64,000 nt of DNA from Clostridia bacterium (lineage in GTDB: Bacteria > Bacillota > Clostridia > Oscillospirales > Acutalibacteraceae). The first letter of the stretch is position 1, and every line of letters starts with the position of its first letter. A program made the translations under genes and the position numbers. Under the pieces are notes generated by a model. That model saw only the letters and a list, made by a program, of their open reading frames with translations, ran no database searches and was not told where the DNA came from. The stretch covers positions 36,849 through 100,848 of the forward strand of contig JAFSFY010000039.1 in NCBI GenBank assembly GCA_017434985.1. Direction: 5' to 3'. This document shows, in pieces, positions 37,005-46,173 of the stretch.

Positions 37005-37375
37005 GACAAAAGGAGAGAACAACCAGAAAGGGTGAGTCCGGTGAACTAAGCAGAGTCAACCTGAGAGAAAGAGAGGTATGACCCATGGCTTGTAGAAGGA
37101 AACAACTCAAAATCTCTTCTGTAAAAATCTAAAGGAAAAAGGTGAATCCAATGGGCCGTTAACTTGACCCCACGGACATTTGAATAGACAAAATTAATAT
37201 ATAAAAATCATTGTAAAGGGTTGAAACCCATGTACTAAGTTGCCCTTTTAATAAGGACAAGTCAAGAAACTTTGAAAGGAAGTTTGGGTTCCGCGAGGCC
37301 GCGGACGAGTCAATAATCTCAATATAACCATCAGAGAGGAGACATTGCGAATAAAAATGTCTCCTCTTTTGTTTA
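37005..37375 (+). ncRNA. Candidate cis-regulatory leader or small RNA (about 370 nt, AT-rich, no credible ORF) ending in an intrinsic terminator
   Basis: Promoter at 36970-36998, terminator hairpin at 37336-37366 plus T-run. Only 3-10 codon ORFs on the plus strand. Several internal hairpins (GGGTT-gaa-AACCC, TCCGCG-aggc-CGCGGA). Confidence 0.35.
37336..37375 (+). terminator. Intrinsic terminator or attenuator immediately upstream of the TauE/SafE RBS
   Basis: gaggagacatt-gcgaataaaa-atgtctcctc followed by TTTTGTTT. Confidence 0.6.
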
Positions 37376-37434
37376 TCCGTATGAGTGAAAGAGCCCGTTG
37401 TCGAACACACTAACCGAAAAGGGGAGTGTGTGGT

Positions 37435-37803
37435 ATGACAAATGCGCAAAACCGATGGCGCTATGCGGTCATCGGGGCGTTGGCGGGTGTGGCCAACGGG
37501 TTGTTCGGATCGGGCGGCGGTTTGTTTTTGGTGCCGCTGTTCATCTCGTGGATCCGTATGGATGAAAAAAAGGCGTTTGCCACCTCGGTGGCGGTCATCT
37601 TTCCGTTGTCGATCGTTGCCTTTACGGTTTTTGCCTTGCGCGGCGGCGTGGAGTTTTCACTTGCGTGGCCGTACGTGATCGGCGGTGCCGTCGGCGGTCT
37701 GCTTTCCGGCACGTTGTTTAAGCGCGTGTCGGCCAAATGGCTGCATCGCCTGTTCGGCGCTTTGCTGCTGTACGGCGGCGTAAAGGCGGTGTTTCTGCTG
37801 TGA
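37435..37803 (+). CDS. TauE/SafE (TSUP) family transporter, N-terminal 4-TM half
   Basis: GALAGVANGLFGSGGGLFLVPLF motif. RBS AAAGGGGAG. Confidence 0.75.
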   Translation: MTNAQNRWRYAVIGALAGVANGLFGSGGGLFLVPLFISWIRMDEKKAFATSVAVIFPLSIVAFTVFALRGGVEFSLAWPYVIGGAVGGLLSGTLFKRVSAKWLHRLFGALLLYGGVKAVFLL

Positions 37804-38183
37804 CGTGGCTGGGAATAGCGGTCGGCATTGCAACCGGTATCATCAGCGGCTTCGGCGTTGGCGGCGGCTCGCTGTTGGTGCTGTATTTGACCGCCGTGAC
37901 GGGGATGGCGCAATACGATGCCTCCGGTATCAATCTGCTCTATTTTTTGTTTTGCGCACCGGCGGCATTGGTGTCGCATATACGCCACAAACGGGTCGAA
38001 TGGCAGGCCGTGATATGGTGCGTGGCGGCAGGTGTCGTCACGTCGGTGGCCGCGGCATTTCTCGCTTCGTATATGCAGGACGGCTGGTTACGGCGCCTGT
38101 TTGGCGGATTGCTTTTGTATATCGGTGTCCGCGAATTGTTTTTCGGCAAGAAAACGGACGAAAAATTCGAAAAAAAGTCATAA
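37800..38183 (+). CDS. TauE/SafE (TSUP) family transporter, C-terminal 4-TM half
   Basis: GIISGFGVGGGSLLVLYL motif. GTG start overlaps the upstream TGA (GTGA), indicating translational coupling. Confidence 0.7.
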   Translation: MTWLGIAVGIATGIISGFGVGGGSLLVLYLTAVTGMAQYDASGINLLYFLFCAPAALVSHIRHKRVEWQAVIWCVAAGVVTSVAAAFLASYMQDGWLRRLFGGLLLYIGVRELFFGKKTDEKFEKKS

Positions 38184-38281
38184 AAATTTCAAATAAATTC
38201 CTCGGTTTTGGTTGCAATTAAACGCAAGATATAGTAAAATATAAAAAACACATTGCAAGATGATGGAGGAATACACGGTTT

Positions 38282-39622
38282 ATGGCTATCACCCTCGATT
38301 CTCACTACGCAAACGGGTTCGTTCGTGAACATGAGTTGGCGGCTTTGCAACCGCAGATCACCACCGCCCACGAAATGTTGCATCAAGGAACCGGTCTCGG
38401 CAACGATTTCCTCGGTTGGCTCACCTTGCCGACCGACTATGATAAAGAAGAATTCGCGCGCATCAAAGCGGCGGCCGCCCGTATTAAGGACGATACCGAC
38501 GTGTTTATCGTCATCGGCATCGGTGGTTCGTACCTTGGTGCCCGCGCCGCGATCGAGTTTTTGAAATCTCCGCTTTACAACAACAAGAAAAAAGACACGC
38601 CCGACATCTATTTTGCCGGTAACAGCATCAGTTCCACCGCACTGGCGGAACTGCTTGAACTGTGCGAAGGCCGTCGCGTGTCGGTCAACGTGATCTCCAA
38701 ATCGGGAACCACTACGGAACCGGCCATTGCGTTCCGTGTGTTCCGCGATTATCTCGAAAAGACCGTCGGTGCCGAAGAGGCCAAACGTCGCATCTACGTC
38801 ACCACCGACAAAGCGCGCGGTGCTCTCAAAGGCTTGGCCGACGAAAAGGGTTACGAAACCTTTGTGGTGCCGGACGACGTGGGCGGTCGTTTCTCGGTGC
38901 TCACGGCGGTGGGGTTGTTGCCCATCGCGGTGGCCGGTTGCGATCTCGATGCGTTGATGAACGGTGCTGCCGCGGCACAGCGCGAGTTGTGTGACCCCAA
39001 TTTGGAGAACAACGACTGCTACCGCTATGCGGCGTTGCGCAATTTGTTGCTTCGCAAAGGTCGCGCGGTGGAGTTGATGGTCAGTTACGAGCCGTGCTAC
39101 GCGTTGATGGCGGAATGGTGGAAACAGCTGTACGGTGAAAGCGAAGGCAAAGACGGCAAGGGCTTGTTCCCGGCCTCGGTCATTTTCTCGACCGATCTGC
39201 ACTCGCTCGGTCAGTTCGTGCAAGATGGGTCCAACATCCTGTTCGAAACGGTCGTGATGATCGACAAAGCGCAGCGTGAAATGGTGATCGAGCACGATCC
39301 CGCCAACGTGGACGGCCTCAATTTCTTGGCAGGAAAAACAATGGCGGATATCAACCACAGTGCGTTTGAGGGCACCATCTTGGCGCACACCGACGGACAG
39401 ACCCCCAACTTGGTGTTGCACGTGCCGTCGGCGTGTGAAGAGGAACTTGGTTACCTCATCTACTTCTTTGAAAAAGCGTGCGCCATTTCGGGGTACTTGC
39501 TCGGCGTCAACCCGTTCGATCAACCCGGTGTGGAAGCGTACAAAAAGAATATGTTCGCCTTGCTCGGCAAACCGGGGTATGAGGCGGAAAAAGCCCGTCT
39601 TGAGCAACGCCTTGGTCGTTGA
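38282..39622 (+). CDS. pgi: Glucose-6-phosphate isomerase
   Basis: [18 protein letters not shown]; short bacterial-type PGI with conserved motifs. RBS GGAGGAATA. Confidence 0.95.
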   Translation: MAITLDSHYANGFVREHELAALQPQITTAHEMLHQGTGLGNDFLGWLTLPTDYDKEEFARIKAAAARIKDDTDVFIVIGIGGSYLGARAAIEFLKSPLYNNKKKDTPDIYFAGNSISSTALAELLELCEGRRVSVNVISKSGTTTEPAIAFRVFRDYLEKTVGAEEAKRRIYVTTDKARGALKGLADEKGYETFVVPDDVGGRFSVLTAVGLLPIAVAGCDLDALMNGAAAAQRELCDPNLENNDCYRYAALRNLLLRKGRAVELMVSYEPCYALMAEWWKQLYGESEGKDGKGLFPASVIFSTDLHSLGQFVQDGSNILFETVVMIDKAQREMVIEHDPANVDGLNFLAGKTMADINHSAFEGTILAHTDGQTPNLVLHVPSACEEELGYLIYFFEKACAISGYLLGVNPFDQPGVEAYKKNMFALLGKPGYEAEKARLEQRLGR

Positions 39623-39690
39623 TGGGCGGGGACGATAAGAACACGGCAGTGACCGCGATGCGGTTAATATATATTTAGGAGGAATTCCAA

Positions 39691-40104
39691 ATGATCACAT
39701 TGATTCTCGGTAAAAAAGGTTCCGGTAAGACCAAACGCTTGATGGACCTGTGCAACGAAGCGGTTGCGCAATCCAAGGGCAACGTGCTTTTCATCGAAAA
39801 GGACAACACCCTCACCTATAACATCAGCCATAAAGTGCGTCTGGCGGCCGCGGACGAATATGCCGTTAAAGGTTTTGACAGTTTGTACGGTTTCATCGCC
39901 GGTATGTGTGCCGGCAACTACGACATCACCGATATTTTTGTGGACTCCACGCTCAAAATCGGCGGTGATATTGCCGATCTGCTCAGCTTTGTTGAGAAAC
40001 TCAAGAAGCTCAGCGAAATGGCCAACACCAACGTTGTGATGTCCGTATCGGCTGACCGCGGCGAGATCGACGCTCGCATTGCGGATTTGGCGACCGAAAT
40101 CTAA
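39691..40104 (+). CDS. Small P-loop (Walker A GKKGSGKT) protein of unknown function
   Basis: MITLILGKKGSGKTKRLMDL.... RBS AGGAGGAA. 137 aa. Confidence 0.5.
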   Translation: MITLILGKKGSGKTKRLMDLCNEAVAQSKGNVLFIEKDNTLTYNISHKVRLAAADEYAVKGFDSLYGFIAGMCAGNYDITDIFVDSTLKIGGDIADLLSFVEKLKKLSEMANTNVVMSVSADRGEIDARIADLATEI

Positions 40105-40116
40105 TCGTGATAACGA

Positions 40117-40150
40117 GAAGCGGAAACGGACGTCCGTTTCCGCTTTTTGT
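40117..40150 (+). terminator. Intrinsic terminator
   Basis: agcggaaacgga-cg-tccgtttccgct followed by T5. Confidence 0.65.
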
Positions 40151-40225
40151 CGCATATTTTTGAAAAAAATATTGACAAACCGTAACGATGTCGCTATAAT
40201 ACTATGGTGACTATTGAGGTGAAGT

Positions 40226-40720
40226 ATGCTTCTTCAATTGCAGTCCCTGTTTATGGGGGAAAAAGAACGGTTGCCGATTGAGGCAACGCTCAATTTTTCC
40301 GAGGTGGAATGGAACGGCGAAAAGCCTTTTCAGCAACCCCTCTCGGTGGTAGGTTGTGTGGAACAATCTGCCGGTGTGGTCACCTTGCGTGCCGACGTTC
40401 GGTACCGTTACGACGGTACGTGTGATCGTTGCACGGGGGAGGTCCATCACGACCGAGTGCTGCATATGGAGCATATTCTTGTAGTTTCCCTCAATCACGA
40501 GGACAATGACAGTTTCGTGTTGATCGAGAACTATCAGCTTCCGCTGGATGAGTTGGTGGAAGAAGATCTGTTGCTTGACCAACCGTCAAAGATCCTCTGT
40601 AAGGAGGATTGCCGCGGTCTTTGTCCGCAATGCGGCAAAGATCTCAACCAAGGCCCGTGTGATTGCCGTCAGGAAACCACCGATCCGCGGTTGGCGGTCC
40701 TAAAACAATTGTTAGAATAA
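40226..40720 (+). CDS. yceD: YceD/DUF177 family protein (23S rRNA accumulation protein), upstream of rpmF
   Basis: CDRCTGEV...CKEDCRGLCPQCGKDLNQGPCDC is the DUF177 Cys motif; conserved synteny with rpmF. Confidence 0.85.
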   Translation: MLLQLQSLFMGEKERLPIEATLNFSEVEWNGEKPFQQPLSVVGCVEQSAGVVTLRADVRYRYDGTCDRCTGEVHHDRVLHMEHILVVSLNHEDNDSFVLIENYQLPLDELVEEDLLLDQPSKILCKEDCRGLCPQCGKDLNQGPCDCRQETTDPRLAVLKQLLE

Positions 40721-40750
40721 ATTTCATGATCATGTTAAGGAGGTGCTGAC

Positions 40751-40933
40751 ATGGCGGTACCGAAGAGAAAAGTGTCCAAAGCGCGTCGCGACAAGCGTCG
40801 TAACAACCTCTGGAAAACGACGGCTCCCGAGCTGGTGAAATGCCCGCAGTGCGGCGAATATAAACGCCCCCACCGTTTGTGCGGAAGTTGCGGCTATTAC
40901 AATGGCAGACAGATCGTCAAGGTCGCCGAGTGA
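40751..40933 (+). CDS. rpmF: 50S ribosomal protein L32
   Basis: [17 protein letters not shown]...[20 protein letters not shown]. Confidence 0.92.
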   Translation: MAVPKRKVSKARRDKRRNNLWKTTAPELVKCPQCGEYKRPHRLCGSCGYYNGRQIVKVAE

Positions 40934-41034
40934 TCCTGATACCGGTCGTATGCCCGAAATGAGGAAAAAATAGAGGGTGTGACCCGGCAGGGTTGCGCCC
41001 TTTGTTTTTGTTTTTAGGAAAGGAGGCGGTCAAT

Positions 41035-42336
41035 ATGGCGGTTACTGTCACGGCGGTTTTGCCGAAAAGTCCCGCGTATCGGAAACGCATTCACCCCGGT
41101 GACCGTCTGCTCACGGTAAACGGTCACGAGATTGCCGACGTGTTGGACTATCGCTTTTATTTGCAGGAAACGAAACTGCTATTGGAAATGGAAACGCCCA
41201 AAGGCCGGCGCAACGTCACCATCCGCAAAGCGGAAGAAGCGGATATCGGTTTGGAGTTTGACACCTATTTGATGGACAAGCAACACGCTTGCCGCAACAA
41301 ATGCGTCTTTTGTTTCATCGACCAAATGCCGCCCGGTATGCGTGACAGTTTGTATTTTAAAGACGACGACAGCCGTTTGTCCTTTTTGTTCGGCAACTAC
41401 ATCACATTGACCAATTTGTCCGAACACGAAGCACAACGGATCATGGATATGCACATCAGCCCCATCAACATCTCGGTTCATACCACCAATCCCGCACTTC
41501 GTTGCCAAATGATGAACAACCGTTTTGCGGGTGAATCGCTTTCCTTTATCAAACGGTTTGCGGATGCGGGCATTCGTATGAATTGTCAATTGGTGTTGTG
41601 CCCGGGTCTCAACGACGGGGCGGAACTCGAACGTTCGATGCACGATCTGGCGGTATATTCGCCGCTGGTGGAGAGCATTGCGGTGGTCCCCGTGGGGCTC
41701 ACCAAATATCGCGACGGTCTTGCACCGTTGCGTCCCTTCACCAAAGACGAAGCCTGCGCCGTGATCGACGCGGTGGAACTGTTCGGTCGCCAAATGTTGG
41801 CGGCAACGGGTCGGCGCGTGGTATACCCTGCCGACGAGTGGTATATCAAGGCTGAGCGCCCCATGCCCGATGAAGAATTTTATGACGAAATGTCGCAACT
41901 TGAAAACGGTGTCGGCTTGGTCGCGTTGTTGCGTTCGCAATTTGCCGAGGCACTGGCCGATTGTGAGGCCGAAGAAGCAACCGATGCCAAAACCGCGTTG
42001 GTGACGGGCGTTGCTGCGGCACCGTTTTTAACGGAGATGGTAAACGAGGCGGCACAGCGCTTTCCGCAACTGAACGCGCAGGTGATCGCCGTTGAGAATC
42101 ACTTTTTCGGTGAAACCATCACGGTTGCCGGATTGGTGACAGGGGGCGACGTTCTTCGCCAACTGAATGGGGTACACTATGATCGTATCCTCATTCCCGA
42201 AGTGATGTTGCGCCGTGAGGGTGACCGTTTTCTGGACGACGTGACCCCCGAAGAGATAGAACGTGAATTGCACACCGCCGTGCAGGTCGTCCCCGTTGAC
42301 GGGGCGGCACTGCTTGCGGCCTTGATAGAGAGGTGA
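41035..42336 (+). CDS. PDZ + DUF512 domain protein (conserved neighbour of der)
   Basis: RBS GGAAAGGAGG. N-terminal PDZ-like VTAVLPKSPAYRKRIHPGDRLLTVNGHEI. DUF512 Cys cluster CRNKCVFCFID. Confidence 0.8.
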   Translation: MAVTVTAVLPKSPAYRKRIHPGDRLLTVNGHEIADVLDYRFYLQETKLLLEMETPKGRRNVTIRKAEEADIGLEFDTYLMDKQHACRNKCVFCFIDQMPPGMRDSLYFKDDDSRLSFLFGNYITLTNLSEHEAQRIMDMHISPINISVHTTNPALRCQMMNNRFAGESLSFIKRFADAGIRMNCQLVLCPGLNDGAELERSMHDLAVYSPLVESIAVVPVGLTKYRDGLAPLRPFTKDEACAVIDAVELFGRQMLAATGRRVVYPADEWYIKAERPMPDEEFYDEMSQLENGVGLVALLRSQFAEALADCEAEEATDAKTALVTGVAAAPFLTEMVNEAAQRFPQLNAQVIAVENHFFGETITVAGLVTGGDVLRQLNGVHYDRILIPEVMLRREGDRFLDDVTPEEIERELHTAVQVVPVDGAALLAALIER

Positions 42337-42342
42337 CCGCTT

Positions 42343-43674
42343 ATGTCCAAACCCATCGTTGCCGTTGTCGGCAGACCCAACGTGGGCAAATCCACGTTGT
42401 TTAACAAATTGATCGGCAAACGGTTGTCGATCGTCAAAGATACCCCCGGCGTCACGCGTGACCGTATTTTTGCGGCGTGCGAATGGCGCGGCCGCACCTT
42501 TATGCTCGCGGATACGGGCGGTATTGAACCGCACTCCGACGATATTATTTTGTCGCAAATGCGCAAACAAGCGCAACTTGCCATTGACCAAGCGGACGTG
42601 ATCGTGTTGGTCACCGATCTGCAGGCGGGTGTCACCGCCAACGATGCCGACGTGGCTACCATGCTGCAAAAAAGCGGCAAACCCGTGGTATTGTGCGTTA
42701 ACAAGTGTGACCGCGTGGGCGCCGCCCCCCCCGAGTTTTATGAATTTTACAATTTGGGACTCGGTGATCCCATTGCCGTTTCCTCCATTCACGGCACGGG
42801 CACGGGCGATTTGTTGGATGCGGTGTTTGAATATCTGCCGCCCGACGTGGAGCCTGACGAGGACGACGATTGCATCAAAGTGGCGGTCATCGGCAAACCA
42901 AACGCAGGCAAATCTTCGCTTATCAATGCCTTGGCAGGGGAGGAGCGCAGCATCGTCTCCAACATTGCGGGCACGACGCGCGATGCGATCGATACCGAGA
43001 TCCGCAACAAACACGGCCATTTTCTGCTGATCGACACGGCGGGTCTTCGCCGCCGCAGCAAGGTGGACGATGACATTGAAAAATACAGCATTCTGCGTGC
43101 CGAAATGGCGGTGGAACGCGCCGACGTGTGCGTGATTCTTATCGACGGCGTGGAAGGCTTTACCGAGCAGGACAGCAAAGTGGCCGGTATCGCCCATGAA
43201 AAAGGCAAAGCGTGTATTATTGCGGTCAACAAGTGGGACGCCGTGGAAAAAGATGACAAAACGATGGTCAAGGTACGCAAAAAACTCGAAAACGATTTCA
43301 GTTTTATGGCGTACGCCCCGTTTGTGTTCATTTCCGCTAAAACCGGTCAACGTTTGGATCGGCTCTTGGAACTCATTACCTATGTTAACGGCCAACACGC
43401 GATGCGTGTGTCGACGGGTATGTTAAACGACGTGTTGGCGATGGCCACCACCCGTGTGCAGCCGCCCACGGATCGCGGTCGTCGGTTGAAGATCTATTAC
43501 GTGACCCAACCGTCCACCTGTCCGCCCACCTTTGTATTTTTTGTCAACCGTGCCGATCTCTTCCATTTTTCGTATCAACGGTATTTGGAAAACCAACTGC
43601 GCGAAACCTTTGGATTGGAAGGAACCCCCGTGCGTTTCATCATTCGTGAACGCGGTGACAACAGCGGCAAATAG
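42343..43674 (+). CDS. der: Ribosome-biogenesis GTPase Der (EngA), tandem GTPase domains + KH-like domain
   Basis: Two G1 motifs GRPNVGKST and GKPNAGKSS. Confidence 0.95.
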   Translation: MSKPIVAVVGRPNVGKSTLFNKLIGKRLSIVKDTPGVTRDRIFAACEWRGRTFMLADTGGIEPHSDDIILSQMRKQAQLAIDQADVIVLVTDLQAGVTANDADVATMLQKSGKPVVLCVNKCDRVGAAPPEFYEFYNLGLGDPIAVSSIHGTGTGDLLDAVFEYLPPDVEPDEDDDCIKVAVIGKPNAGKSSLINALAGEERSIVSNIAGTTRDAIDTEIRNKHGHFLLIDTAGLRRRSKVDDDIEKYSILRAEMAVERADVCVILIDGVEGFTEQDSKVAGIAHEKGKACIIAVNKWDAVEKDDKTMVKVRKKLENDFSFMAYAPFVFISAKTGQRLDRLLELITYVNGQHAMRVSTGMLNDVLAMATTRVQPPTDRGRRLKIYYVTQPSTCPPTFVFFVNRADLFHFSYQRYLENQLRETFGLEGTPVRFIIRERGDNSGK

Positions 43675-43688
43675 AAAGGAAATGTTCA

Positions 43689-44360
43689 ATGCTTGAGTTC
43701 TTGCAAAACAGTGGCCTTGCTTTGTTGGCAACGGCGGCGATCGCCTATTTGTGCGGCAGTGTCAGTTTTGCCATCATCGTTACCAAACTGTTTTCCAAAA
43801 AAGATATTCGCGATTTCGGCAGCGGTAATGCGGGTGCCACCAACGTGTTGCGTTCGCAGGGAAAATTGCCGGCGATCTTGACCACCATCGGCGATTTGGC
43901 CAAAAGTTTTGTCGCCGTCTACGTGGGCGGTCTGCTGCTCACGTCGTGGCAACTGAATCCGTATAACGGCGCCTTGGATCTGGGTCTTGTCGGTGCGTAT
44001 ACGGCGGGGCTTTTCTGTATCATCGGTCATATGTTCCCGCTCTTTTTCGGATTTCGCGGTGGCAAAGGTGTGATGACCACGCTGGGGATGATGCTCATTT
44101 TGGATTGGAAAGTGGCACTCATTTTGTTGTCGCTGTTCATTGTAGTGGTGCTGTGTACCCGCATGGTATCGCTCGGTTCGATCATCGCCGCTATCGGCCT
44201 GCCGATCGGGACCTTCCTGTTCCGCGCCTTTGTGTATCATCAACCGTGGCCGGTCGTGTGGTTCTGCACGGCGGTCATTGGGGTGATCGCGGTCATTGTG
44301 ATCATTCGTCATCGTGAAAACATCAAACGCATTTTGAGCGGCACGGAAAACAAGATCTGA
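43689..44360 (+). CDS. plsY: Glycerol-3-phosphate acyltransferase (acyl-phosphate dependent)
   Basis: GSGNAGATNVLR motif, multi-TM. Confidence 0.92.
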   Translation: MLEFLQNSGLALLATAAIAYLCGSVSFAIIVTKLFSKKDIRDFGSGNAGATNVLRSQGKLPAILTTIGDLAKSFVAVYVGGLLLTSWQLNPYNGALDLGLVGAYTAGLFCIIGHMFPLFFGFRGGKGVMTTLGMMLILDWKVALILLSLFIVVVLCTRMVSLGSIIAAIGLPIGTFLFRAFVYHQPWPVVWFCTAVIGVIAVIVIIRHRENIKRILSGTENKI

Positions 44361-44361
44361 G

Positions 44362-45372
44362 GTGAGCAACGTGAGTAAGATTGCCGTTTTGGGTTCCGGC
44401 GGTTGGGGCACAGCCCTTGCCGTAATGGCGGATCGTATGGGGCATGAGGTGACGTTGTGGTCGGCATTTGAAGACGAAATCGCCGCCATCCGTCGCCACG
44501 GTCAACATACGAAATTGTTGCCCGGCATCGCCGTTTCGCCCACCATTACCTTGACCACCAATATGGCGTGTGTCGAGGATGCGGCACTGGTCATTTTGGC
44601 GGTGCCCTCGTTTGCGATCGGCTCGACTGCACAAAAATTGAGTGCGTATTTGCAACCCGGTGCTCTGGTGGCGAATGCCGGTAAAGGCATCGAGGAAGCA
44701 AGTTGCCGCCGCTTTTCACAGGTTATCGAAGAAGCACTGCCGCAAGCGTCGGTGGTAGTGCTGTCAGGCCCCTCCCACGCGGAGGAGGTCGGTCGCGGTG
44801 TCCCCACGTCGCTGGTGGCCGCGTGTCGCGACTTGGAAAAGGCACAGCGTGTACAAGACCTGCTCATTAACGATAAACTGCGCTTGTATACGTCTTCGGA
44901 CGTGATCGGTGCGGAACTCGGCGGCGCTCTCAAAAACGTGATCGCGCTTGCCGCCGGTATCTGTGACGGTTTGCAGATGGGGGATAATACCAAAGCGGCA
45001 CTGATGACCCGCGGTTTGGCAGAGATTGCCCGTTTGGGTGTCAAAATGGGGGCGGAGAGTTATACTTTCGCCGGCCTCACCGGTATGGGTGATTTGATCG
45101 TCACCTGCGGCAGTATGCATTCGCGCAACCGCCGCGCGGGTATCTTGATCGGGCAAGGCGTGCCGCCCGCACAAGCGGTGCAACAAGTGGGCACGGTGGA
45201 AGGCTACTTAGCCGCCGCCACGGCGCATCGTTTGGCGGAAAAAGAGCAGGTGCCGATGCCCATCACCGAAATCTGCTATCGCATCTGCTACGAGAACTAT
45301 TCCCCGCGCGAAGCGGTGCAAGCACTGATGTCCCGCCCCGGCTGCCACGAAAAAGACACCGTTTGGTTTTAA
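44362..45372 (+). CDS. gpsA: NAD(P)H-dependent glycerol-3-phosphate dehydrogenase
   Basis: KIAVLGSGGWGTALA Rossmann motif. The start is either GTG 44362 or 44371. Confidence 0.92.
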   Translation: MSNVSKIAVLGSGGWGTALAVMADRMGHEVTLWSAFEDEIAAIRRHGQHTKLLPGIAVSPTITLTTNMACVEDAALVILAVPSFAIGSTAQKLSAYLQPGALVANAGKGIEEASCRRFSQVIEEALPQASVVVLSGPSHAEEVGRGVPTSLVAACRDLEKAQRVQDLLINDKLRLYTSSDVIGAELGGALKNVIALAAGICDGLQMGDNTKAALMTRGLAEIARLGVKMGAESYTFAGLTGMGDLIVTCGSMHSRNRRAGILIGQGVPPAQAVQQVGTVEGYLAAATAHRLAEKEQVPMPITEICYRICYENYSPREAVQALMSRPGCHEKDTVWF

Positions 45373-45426
45373 GAAGCAAACACCCGACATTTTCGAAAAG
45401 AAAAGTCGGGTGCTTTTTAATAGAAT

Positions 45427-46065
45427 TCAGGTTGTTTTTGATGGGCAAATATCGGCGAGTGGGCAGGCTTCGCAACGCGGTTTGCGCGCGTCGCAAACGT
45501 CGCGACCGAACAGCACGAGCCGATGGCAAAAATCATTGCTTTCGTCGGGCGGTAACAGAGCGCGTAGTTGGTCTTCCACCTTGCGCGGGTCTTTGGTGTT
45601 GCAAAGCCCCAAGCGGTTGGTAATGCGAATACAGTGCGTATCCGCCACCACCGCGCCGGGCATATCAAAAATATCGCCGCACACGAGGTTGGCGGTCTTG
45701 CGGCCGACACCCGACAGCGCGGTCAACGCCTCGATTGTGTTGGGCACTTCGCCACCGTGGCGCTCCATCAACTGCCCCGCCATGGCGACCAGATCGCGCG
45801 CTTTGGTTTTGTAGAGCCCACAAGAACGGATGTATGTTTCCACCTCTTCGGGGGTGGCGGCGGCCAGAGCCGCAGCATCGGGAAACCGTGCAAACAGGGC
45901 GGGGGTGACCAGATTGACGCGCGCGTCGGTACATTGTGCCGAAAGGCGTGTAGCTACCAACAACTGAAACGCATTGCGCGAAGAATAGTCCAGCGAACAA
46001 ATGGCGTCGGGATATCGCGTTGCCAACCGAGCAACTGCTTCGGCGGCACGGGCTTTTTTGGTCAT
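45427..46065 (-). CDS. nth: Endonuclease III
   Basis: HhH-GPD region and C-terminal 4Fe-4S cluster CDARKPRCEACPLADIC. The RBS GAAGGTGA places the start at the second Met. Confidence 0.9.
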   Translation of the reverse strand: MTKKARAAEAVARLATRYPDAICSLDYSSRNAFQLLVATRLSAQCTDARVNLVTPALFARFPDAAALAAATPEEVETYIRSCGLYKTKARDLVAMAGQLMERHGGEVPNTIEALTALSGVGRKTANLVCGDIFDMPGAVVADTHCIRITNRLGLCNTKDPRKVEDQLRALLPPDESNDFCHRLVLFGRDVCDARKPRCEACPLADICPSKTT

Positions 46066-46173
46066 AGTTTCACCTTCTCGTAAAAATTCTATCATTTTTG
46101 CGGGCGACTGTCAATTTGAAATGCTTGCATATTGTCGTAAAATCAGTATAATAGAAGAAAAGTAGGTGATGGT

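Noticed and set aside
37005-37375. Possibility that the 370-nt leader is a T-box, glycine, cobalamin, SAM or tmRNA/RNase P element
   Set aside because: By eye there is no T-box AGGGUGGNACCGCG antiterminator, no glycine CACCGAAGG/CUCUCAGG, no B12 box GCCACTG, no tRNA-like 3' end/CCA, and no RNase P AGGAAAGUCC core. It is left as an unclassified candidate pending a covariance-model search.
37159-37449. 96-aa minus-strand ORF inside the AT-rich leader
   Set aside because: It has no RBS, and it runs through the promoter and terminator of the plus-strand leader and into the TauE start. It was judged spurious, and the region is interpreted as noncoding.
38189-39607. 472-aa minus-strand ORF
   Set aside because: It is antisense to pgi and has no RBS. 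The same applies to 26145-27398 (antisense to glgC), 42028-43398 (antisense to der), 28730-29800 (antisense to glgA), 30303-31202 (antisense to the GT2 gene) and 55826-56716 (antisense to the YidC-fusion gene).
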